Assembly (NCBI GenBank): GCA_905178155.1
Contig: CAJINV010000003.1
Location: 816,517 to 880,516 of the forward strand
From: Amoebophrya sp. A120
Taxonomy: Eukaryota > Protista > Dinoflagellata
Length of the DNA: 64,000 bases
Reading direction: 5' to 3'
The translations under genes were made by a program, and so were the position numbers. Below the pieces are notes generated by a model. The model was not told the origin of the DNA and ran no database searches. It saw only the letters and a program-made list of their open reading frames with translations. How positions within the stretch are numbered: the stretch's first letter is position 1; each line of letters opens with the position of its first letter. This document shows, one piece after another, positions 48,111 to 57,573 of this stretch.

Positions 48111-48211
48111 AGTCTTGCTCAAAGTAAAACATCAAAGTAAAACATCAAAGTAAAACACAGTCTTGCTCAAAAAGTAAAACATCACAGACAGAGTCGTGCT
48201 CAAAGTAAAAT
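48111..48211 (+). repeat. Intergenic minisatellite (CAAAGTAAAACAT and AGTCTTGCTC units)
   Basis: Five AAAGTAAAA-containing units read directly. Confidence 0.8.
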
Positions 48212-48927
48212 CTCGATCGGCGCTCCAGGTCAAAGAATTTCTTCCTATTTTTATAAAAAGGACCACCACCACATCAACAAGGAATGTAGTTGCGTACTGA
48301 TTCTTTTACCACCAAGCAGTAGTTATTTCGCGGGAGTATTCATTGCGGACGTCGAACGAAGGGAAACGGAAGCAAAAATTAATAATGTATGATGAACACG
48401 TGTACAACCTGACTGTGTATTGTCGGGAGAAGTGCCGAAAAATCACCGCTTTCTCACGTCACCTATACGACTTTTTGGGTTGTTCTTATTGCGGAACGAA
48501 GCGGAGCCTTGTTGTTCTTTGATCCTGTTGGAGAAGATGATCCAGGAATTTGACGCGCCTTGTTCTTTGACAAATTAAATCATCGACGCAGCTCCACGAC
48601 CGCCCAAAGCCAGACAAGCCACCACCACGACCACACCGAGTACAGGATCTTTGCAGTTTTACTTTTGCGAACCCAACTTTGTAAGTGCAATTGAAGAAGT
48701 TTCTCTGATTTGTGAGGGACGACAACCAAGGCAGAAACCTTCAGTCTGGGTATTGCGTTTACGTGAGTCGGAGACGTCAAAGAAATGATGTTCATTGTGT
48801 TGTAGTTATTGCAGATCGTGATCGACGTAGTTCACCTTATTTAGTACTTATACCAGCCTCCCTCCTCAGCGGCCTTTGTTTGTTTTATGATTTATTGATA
48901 TTGACCACCCGGACGACTAGCAACATC

Positions 48928-50040
48928 ATGACGCCTTTACTCAACTCCTGCCGAAGTGGCGGTGGTGCTTTCCAAGAAGCTGCGGGAAACCGGTTTTATT
49001 CCTTTTCGGCAGTTTCCACGATTCATCGCGCACCACCGCTTCCTACGCACGTACTAGCACCTCCCGCTAGAAGCGACCAAGGAATGGGAAAACGGCGGCT
49101 CAGCATGGGCGGGACTGATGCTGTCCTGGCGCAGCTGAGGAGAACTTTCTTATCGACGCCATCATCTTCAACCTCGTCGTCGTCTAGTAGAAGTACACAC
49201 GCACGAGCATTTGCGACTGGTGCGTTAGATCATGGCTTGGACAGACAACATGTTGCGCCGCGTGCCAAGAAACTACAGCAAGAACTACATGGCCTTGAAC
49301 TACAACCTGAAAGGGAACAAACCGGTCAAAGAAAATCTAAATCAAGTTCACGACAACATCAACTGCGCCATCCAGGTGGCCATTTTCTCAACTACACACA
49401 ACAGCAACATAACTGTTCCCGCCGGTATTTCGGCACGTCAGCAGGAGGATCAGACGAGACAACTGCTGGAAACACGACGGAGGGCGGCAAACCCAAACCT
49501 CCTGTCACCGACTACTACTCTCTGCTAGGACTTCCGCGCAAGTACCTTCTGACCTCAACCGAGCTTGACCAGGCTTTTCGGGAAACGCAGAAGCGGCTCC
49601 ATCCCGACAAAATCGCCCATCTGGCTAAGGATGCGGCGGAGAAGGCCCGACTGGAGGACCAGAGCAGTTTGGCAAACGAGGCCGCGCGGGTTTTGCGGTC
49701 CCCGCTTGAGCGCGCCAAGTACTGGCTGGAGCTGCACGAAGTGCCGACGCTTAAAGAAAGCCAGCGCATCCAAGACCCCGCACTGCTGGCGGAAATGATG
49801 GACTTATACGAGGAGCTGGACGACAATGCGGCCGACGCCGAGATCGTGGCCAGAATGAAACAAGACAACGACCAGGCGATCGCAGCAGTCGTTTCGACTA
49901 TCGACCGGCTCATTCAAGCGTCGGACTTTGTCGCGGTGCAGAACCAAATGGAAAAGCTCTCGCTTCTCAACCGCCTTGCGGAAAAGTTGCGCGCCGTTGA
50001 AGACGCGGCGGAACGGAACGGGGAAGCAGAAGAACGATGA
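48928..50040 (+). CDS. HSCB: Fe-S cluster co-chaperone HscB/Jac1/Hsc20 with long N-terminal targeting extension
   Basis: DYYSLLGLP...FRETQKRLHPDK...SSLANEAARVLRSPLERAKYWLEL...DPALLAEMMDLYEEL. First ATG at 48928; start uncertain. Confidence 0.9.
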   Translation: MTPLLNSCRSGGGAFQEAAGNRFYSFSAVSTIHRAPPLPTHVLAPPARSDQGMGKRRLSMGGTDAVLAQLRRTFLSTPSSSTSSSSSRSTHARAFATGALDHGLDRQHVAPRAKKLQQELHGLELQPEREQTGQRKSKSSSRQHQLRHPGGHFLNYTQQQHNCSRRYFGTSAGGSDETTAGNTTEGGKPKPPVTDYYSLLGLPRKYLLTSTELDQAFRETQKRLHPDKIAHLAKDAAEKARLEDQSSLANEAARVLRSPLERAKYWLELHEVPTLKESQRIQDPALLAEMMDLYEELDDNAADAEIVARMKQDNDQAIAAVVSTIDRLIQASDFVAVQNQMEKLSLLNRLAEKLRAVEDAAERNGEAEER

Positions 50041-50584
50041 CCAACATGGGAGAGTGACAATATTTGCTTCTGTGCCGCCGCTTCGAGAGCGTCAACGATA
50101 AATGAAATTTTTTCAGGTTCTTCTGATGTCTGAAGGTGAACGCATTGGCAATGAGTTTCACTCACGCGACAAACAATCTCGAGTCCGCGACTTGGTCGCA
50201 CATATCATGTGTCTACAGCGACAAAGTTACAAGTGCTCGTGCACGATTCGTCACGACCTGCTGGTCTTCGCTCCAGCTGGTTGCTTGGAAGAGCAGATGC
50301 AGAGGAAGATTTTTATGATGAAATACAAATATTAGAAAAGTGTTCTTGTGTAGTTGCAACTACAACTACACGCAGCTCGTCTACCATTTTGGACCTTCAA
50401 TCTTACTAGATTCAGAGACAGAGCGCAGGATGAATTCTGAGCGAGTATGAAAACATCCGTTCAAAAGACGCTTTGAGTAGTCTAGCTTTTAGGACCCACA
50501 CAGCCGGGCTTATTCCTGGCTCTTGCTCTGCCGCAAGAAAGAGAAACAAAGTCAAAATATCCTTATCCATGCACAACGCTAAAG

Positions 50585-53500
50585 ATGCGGCCTACTCAAC
50601 ATCGTCATCCCTGTGCAGCTTCAAGTTCTTTGTCTTTCCGTGCTGCCGGTCTCGTGGTTTTGTTTTTCAGTGGTGTTTTCGTCCAGCTTTTGTTTATTTG
50701 CCCCGTCACTGTGCTTGCAGACGAAGTACACGTGGAGCAGCAGCGGGTTCTTGATGCCAGCTGCCGTGACCACCCCGGAATTCCGCCACCGCCACACAGG
50801 AACTGGAACGAATTGTACAAGGATGTCGTCGCTTTCAATCAGACGTATCTCTTCGACGGCGGGGGCGCCGGGGGAAAAAAGCCACCCGGTACTAGCGCCG
50901 CTGATGAACAACCTGTGTCGTCGCTGCGAGAGTTGAATCGCTTCGTCTTGTCGCGGGAGGACATTTTCCACGGATTTCCGAGTGTCGCCGCTGCGAAAAG
51001 GTTCAACCTGACTCGGCATCGAAAAGCAGAGCACGATGGAGAAAAATCTCTTCATGAACAGAAAGACAGTGATGTGGATATGAATACCAGTACAACTTCT
51101 TCTACGCGGGTACTCCACCCGAACGTGTTTCCGGGCACCTACACCTACTGGGAGTCGAGGTTTCTGCCCCTGTACGAGCTGGCAGAGACCATTAGCTGTA
51201 TCAACTGCAAAAATATCTGGGTCTGGAAAGTTAGAACTTGTGATGCTAGCTTTGGACTCTAGAAAAATCTGTATTGCATCCCCAGCAAGAGGAGTCCAGT
51301 TTCTGCTACGCGGGGAGGCCATTTGTCATGCGCAATAGGCATCAAGAAGCGCTCAGAAAATCTGTGATGCCAGGGAAGACATCACAGACGTCACGGGCCA
51401 TGTAAAATCTGCATGACAAGTTCGCATCCTTCCAGACCCAGACATATTTACAGTTGATAAGCTGCGTGTTCGCTCGATTGTGTGTCCGGCTGATCATGGC
51501 AATTTTGCTATCCTGAGTAAAAACGTATCCACACCAGAGCTGTAATGCAGATTTGCAAAGAGAGGAAGACTTGTAATGCGCATCCCCATGAGAGCCATTT
51601 CCAATCGTGTTTTGGGATTTGTGATGCTGTGAACAGGATGAGCAGACGAATCTGTGATGCGGCTGCACTTGCTAACCCGCACTACACTGCATAGTGCAAC
51701 TTGTCATGCGTGACTCACAAAACTCCTAGGTTTGTGTTGCAAAATCCCCATCCTGACTCTGGTGTGGCTACGTTTTTACTCAGGATATTTGCGGCGCGAC
51801 CGCGCGGAGGTTGAAGGCGTGCTGCAGCGGTTAAAGGACGACGTGGTGTGGAACGAAATCACTTTTAGTCCGTGGCCGGTCATGCATCTGCTCTACAAAG
51901 CGCAGGTGGCCACCGCCACCCTCCGCAGCCCCCGGGAGCCAAGGCTTTTAACCCTCGCAACGGAGCGCGCGACCAGAAAAGGAGCTGGCAAGGTTTTGGC
52001 AGATGCAGCCGCCGAAGGAGGGGGAGGTGATGGAGAGCGATCAGATCAAGAGCCCGATAAAATTTCAGGCACAGACAGAAGAAATACGGAGGAACTTGTC
52101 GCCGGAGCTGCTTTGTCCTTTCACGACAGTCCTGTCGTCGTCGAAGAGGCAGCGGCAGACTCACCTTCTGTTACCTCTAGTATCTCTACCGCGGAGGCTG
52201 TGGACGAAGATCTCGAGTCATTCGAGACGGTACTTTCCTCACGTCGGTCCCTGGCCGGTCTGATCGCCACGAAAGTTGACAACTGTTTTGCAGTGTCTGG
52301 GCAAAGCTGGCTGCGGCGCGAAAGCGATTTCGGCAGCTACGCGGCGAAGTTCCGCGATATATTTCCACCGATAGGTGGTGCAGACACAGATAGACAAGCT
52401 ACAAATAGTGAAACGAGATCAGGTCGTTCCTCTTCCTCTTTCTACGCCGGGCTCGCCTCCGACTTCCTGCTCAGTGTGCACAGCTGGTTCACTTCCGAAA
52501 CGACATCAAAAGATGAGCCCAGCAAAGCTAAGGCCCGCACTATGCCGTTTCCGTTTTTTGACACGCACCAGTTCTTCCGCCGGTTAGTTGGGGACTTCTG
52601 TCTCGAATACTTGTACACCTACGCGCTGATTCAGATGGCGATGCACGTGGAATTTACGAATGTGACCCCCGGGTTCGTGCTGCGCTGGGTCCAGCGGCTC
52701 CTGCACTACCCGAACCTTGCCGGCGTCGACGGGCTCTTCAGCAACACCGACAACGTGGCCCTGCACAAGGACGACGAGCTCCTGCTCCCGTGGGAGGGGG
52801 AGGAGGACGAAGAGGATGTCATAAGCGCCATCGGTTCCGCCACGAGCGGCAATGCGAAGTTCTTCCGCATGCTCGCCGCGGTGTCCAACGCTGCAGGAAA
52901 AAAAGACGACTCGAACAGTACTGCTTCCTCGTCGTCAACCGCAGCCGCGACAGAGTCCACCTCTGGGCGAGTGGAGTATGTCAAGTACGGTGTAAAGCAC
53001 GCACTTCCCTGCATGCGCCGAACTCGTAGTACTGGGAACACAGGAGCGTCAGGACGAAGATCTACTTCACCGGGCGACGCGTCCAGTGGTAGTGTGGCGG
53101 ACGACGAAAAATATTTTATAGAAGGAGAAACGGTGATCATCCGACATGATCATGGACCGAAGAAAAATCGCAGCGTACCCTCGTGGAAAGGGTGTTTTTT
53201 TTCCGGGCCGCGCCCCGGCCGAGGTAAGAGCGCTCGACGACCAAAACGCGTGGGCGCTCGTGGCCAGACGGGGAGAGTGGTTTCATGCGTCCAGCAACCA
53301 TGAAAACTAAGCACCTGGGGCCCCCAAAGCGTCCGGCCATTGTCGGCCTTTCCCATCTCCAGCACTGCTCGCATAATGTGCGCAGTGAACACTGCCACAC
53401 TCTGCGAAAAGCTGCGCCATTTTTTCGGTCCGTTAAAAAACAAACCCGCTCCGCGAGGGTGTGCTGCGATTTTTCTTTGGTAGATGATCACTGTCGGCGA

Positions 53501-56500
53501 TCGCCATTTCTCCTTCTATATATTTCGAGGACGAGTTTTTCTTCGCGCTGCGGCGCTACGTCGCGGGCGCGTACGGTAGCAGTCTGGGCTATTTTTACTC
53601 GGTCGAGCTCCACTACTGGCTGGCCAAGCTCACGGAAAAGGAGTTTCGCATGAAGCTGGGGGGTGTGGACGTCGCCGCGTACTTTGACGCGCCTAACCGG
53701 GTCGTGGTGGATTCCTTGGGAGCGGAACAGGATCAAGACCAACTGACTTCTGCTGAACAAGTGGTTGTATCATCTGGCACGACTCCTACTTCCAAATCCA
53801 CAACATCAAATTCGACTGTTCTAACGAGGCTTGAAGTAGAACAAGACGATGCACAAAGTGGTGAAAAAGATGAACAAATGGTCGAGGTTGTACAAGAGGA
53901 GCAATTTTCGGATCAGGAGCGGTCTGCCCTCCAAAAACTGCTGAAGGGCATACACGACCTGTGCGAAGCCTTTGGGCTCCCGTACGTGCTGGCGCAAGGC
54001 ACCTTGCTCGGGTCTATGCGGCACCACGGTCTGATTCCATGGACGGGCGACGCCGAAATCGGTGTTGATTACAGCTACATGCCATTTTTTTTCGTTCTTG
54101 CACTCCTACAATCCAGTCACTTCGCCCGTTTGTCGTTTCTGCACGCGGAGTTGCAGCTTTATCTGCTGGGTGGCGAACGGCAAGCGCAGGAGGACCACAC
54201 GCGCACGCCTCCTGAAGATGAAAGGTTCCGAAATAGTCTTGTGGTGTACAAAGCGTACTACAAGCAGTTGCTCGAAGCTGGTGCAGCAGCTGTGCCGGGG
54301 AACAAAAAGTTCTACTCGAGGACACCAGCAGGTACTACCCCACTTTCAACAGCGAAGACGGAATCCCAGTCACAGTTCTTGGCGCAGCGCTACCGCCTTG
54401 CGTCAATTCGTGGTCCAGCTGCACGACGGCTCATCATGAACGATCGTGAAAATAGAGCCAAAAATTACGATTCAGACAACCCCAAGAACGGCGTCGGAAA
54501 TGGTGCAGCTTCAACTGAACAGGCTCCGGCAGCAGTTCTTGTTTTGCCGAAAAAATCCAATTTTGAGTGGTTTGCGGGTGCTCGTGGACGGCTGCAAAAA
54601 GCGTTCGACATTTTTCACGCGCGCCACCAAGTTTTCTCGCTCTTCGTGTCGCGACCCTTCGCCCCCAAATTTTTCTACAAGGACCTACTGGTGGAGCTCG
54701 AAGAACTCGAAACAAGTCGAAACATGCACGCAGCTGATCCGTCAAAACAAAAACCTGCAACCTCTACTGAAAGTAGAAACGCCGTGGCAGATGAACAAGA
54801 CGGCGCAGCGACCATTTCCTTACCAAGCTTCCCAGATAGGGTGGATCTTTCCACGGCCACTGTAAATCAGTTGATCCGCGAGAAGAGTGCGAATACCGAG
54901 CAACACCAGCTCTCGACGGACGTGTCGGGATTTTATCACCGCTACCCCTACCTGGACGTGATGCCCACCTATTTCCACGAGGCGACTGCGGTGGTTGGGT
55001 ACACCTCGTTCATGTGGGGGTACCGCTTTCCGTTCACCTTTACGCTCTGCAAAAGTACCGCACTCGTATATATAATTGCGGTCACCCATGACAGATCTGG
55101 CGTCTTAGCTAATTCAGCATTACAAATACCATTTTTCCTACTTCTCGACAAATTATGTGTGATGCTATTTCTACTTAGTGTGATACTTTGTTTTGCAGTG
55201 CACAGCCTGGGTCTACCCGCGCAAGACCGTGTTCGTGGAAAACGTAGGGCCGATGTGGGCGTGGAGTCGCAGCTTCCGCGTGCTCCGCGTCAAATACGAC
55301 CGTGGCGCCATGTATGGATGTGTCAGAGTTGAAATCGACAAAGTTGAAATAGTTTGTCATGCATAAAACGGATACCAGTTAGACCTACAGTTTGTTGTCG
55401 GTGCATGACAAATTTCCCCGGTCCTGGAAAAGAGTCTGTCATGCGGTTTAGGGCAAAAGAGCTGCCTTCTGTCATGCTAGTTAGCAGTCCAACTTTTGAC
55501 CCTTACCAGGACTATAATCTGCCTCCCGTGGGTCCTCTGCAATAGAGTCACTTTTTGTATCGCATTTTATGCATTACAAATTTTTTCAACTTTGAAGATT
55601 TCAAACCTGACGCTTCCATACCATGAACCTGAATTCGGACCCGATGAAAACCTGCGTCGGGCACCACTTGTATGCATTGCTAAAGTGTCTGGTTCTGGAA
55701 GCTTGTGATGCTGGGTGGCGTATCATGGGGAGGCCGCAAGTGCTGGCTCAGCATGACAAGTTTCTGAGCTTCTAGGTGTTGCCTACTCTGCATGACAGAC
55801 TGCGTTTCTGCATGACAGAAAAGTGTGGCCACTCTAACTCTTGGGCAACGTGCATGACAGATTTAAGAGTCATGCCAGACAACCATGACAAACATGCACT
55901 CTTCCACTCTCAGACATTTTTGCATTTGATAACTTGTCGCACAAAACGATGGTGTCCACGGGGGATGTGCTACCCAAAAAAATGAACTGCTCCGATGTCC
56001 CCGGGCTCCCCGTGGCCGTGCCCTTCGCCAGCCCGGTTGCTGCCCGCACTGAAATGGCAAACGTCTTGCGCGGACGCGCGACTACTGACCACCTTGCTTT
56101 CTTGGATCGCGTGCTCGCGGTCGTGAAAATGGACCGACCGGCGGTCAAGGCGATTGGCTGGCTCTTTTCCCGCTGCGACACGCTACGGACGCGCCAGCGA
56201 GCTGGACAGCGGGCGACATCCACGAAGGACGACGGCGGGGAGGTTTCCGCAAGTGTAGGCGGTACAGGCCAAAAGGCGACGGACTTTCTCATTCACTACC
56301 AGCTCTGCTTCTTCGACCTTGTTGGTTTCCGGACAACTTCCACCAGAATTGCGAACCAAGATGAAGTGCCGGGCCCCGCTCATCAGACCGAGTCGGGATT
56401 GCAGAAGATGTTGACACCAACACCATTATCGGTGGAGCAGGTTGCTTCATCAAATTGCACGAGTTCTTGTGCTGGACAGCAAAATAGTCTTGAAGTTCGG

Positions 56501-56959
56501 TTCGGTCGCGTAGCTCAAGACGCGCCGTACTTCGTGACCAACCTCGACCTACTTCGCGCTCATCAGACGCTTCTGGCTGACGATGGAGAAGACGCTGGTC
56601 TTGGTGAAGATGCTGCTATTAACGCTGAAGAAAGCGCAAGCAGGATCGCGGAACTGAGTACCAGTCTTCATGAGGCGAGCGATCAGGTGACTTGCATCTT
56701 GCGACACGACGTAGATGCAGACGACCTAGATGTTGCAGCCAGAGCCACGGAAGATCATGATGGAAGACGGAAAAGACAAAGAGTTCTTGGTCCGCAAAGG
56801 ACTGCTGTGCACCACTGCACTCATGATTTTCTCTTCCACCGACGCAAAATAAGTAGGATCACAAGTTCTACTGCTGTACCAGAATGGACCGCCCCGGGAA
56901 GCGGCGGCGGGGAGAACGCTGGGTCTCTGCACGGCAGTCGGCGAACTGCGGTTCATTAA
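50585..56959 (+). CDS. LicD/fukutin-family nucleotidyltransferase-domain protein with N-terminal signal/TM segment
   Basis: LPYVLAQGTLLGSMRHHGLIPWTGDAEIGV, YPYLDV, and C-terminal WVYPRKTVF...LRVKYD reconstructed across 6 elements. Confidence 0.8.
51199..51459. mobile_element. Introner family A
   Basis: DR agctg; TISC|VFAR. Confidence 0.93.
51509..51787. mobile_element. Introner family K
   Basis: DR tttgc; MAIL|RRDR. Confidence 0.93.
53141..53497. mobile_element. Distinct TIR element/intron, family N (CCGACA…TGTCGG ends, ~70-bp TIR)
   Basis: TIR CCGACA(G)TGATCAT..ACC.AAGAAAAATCGCAGC..ACCCTCG.GGA; flanks tgatcat/cgatcgc; removing 364 nt gives ETVI|AISPSIYF, in frame with the LicD exon. Confidence 0.85.
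55041..55204. mobile_element. Introner family C (degenerate ends TAC…ACA)
   Basis: DR acctt/gcctg; FPFT|WVYPRK. Confidence 0.82.
55313..55620. mobile_element. Introner family H, opposite orientation to 13411 and 16090
   Basis: DR ccatg; RGAM|NLNS. Confidence 0.92.
55671..55931. mobile_element. Introner family A, close copy of 7391-7645
   Basis: DR acttg; GHHL|SHKT. Confidence 0.92.
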
Positions 56960-57573
56960 AGTGCAATCGACTTCTTGCATCTTTCCTTGGAGCAGCAGCT
57001 GCACTTTTTTGCTGCGTTTCTGTTCATCTTCAGCTCGCTCGCAGGCCATAAAAACGAAAACATTCGGAGGTGAGCGCAAAGATGAACCAGAGCCCGCCGC
57101 TGTCATTTCGAGGACCTGCTAGTGGTGCTCCTGGGTGGGCGTGCCTTCACAAGGAGGACCGCATTTTTTTATATACACTTACTGATTAGAGTTAGACACG
57201 ACCGAGGTAAATAATCACTAAGCGTCTGAGCAGATAGAAGCAGGAGATGAGTGAGATACGATAGCAACATCCGACAAGAGAGACGCTGTTTATGGACCAG
57301 TGAGTAGTACGCGGATCATTTCTCACGTGGAGCAGGCAGGCTTACCTGTGACAGATCCTTGCGCTCTGTGTCAGTGTTGCGCGGCTTCTTGACTTATTTA
57401 TCAGTGTTGTGGTTCAAGAATTTCTGCAGTCGTTTAGACTCTGACTCGCTTGTGGAAAGGGTGAGTAAATAAGGTCGGTCCGCTTCTTGAGGAGATCATT
57501 TCTAAAAAGCCCTACGGCCGTGTGGTGCATCACCGGATAATTTTGGAAGTAATCGCGGTCGACATCGTCGAAG

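Noticed and set aside
1245-55931. Recurrent peptides in the ORF track (CKNVWVWK, FQTQTFLH, QKYRTR, VRYFC, FSNVTFSTVT) suggesting a repeat-protein family
   Set aside because: They are translations of introner TIRs in various frames and strands, not proteins.
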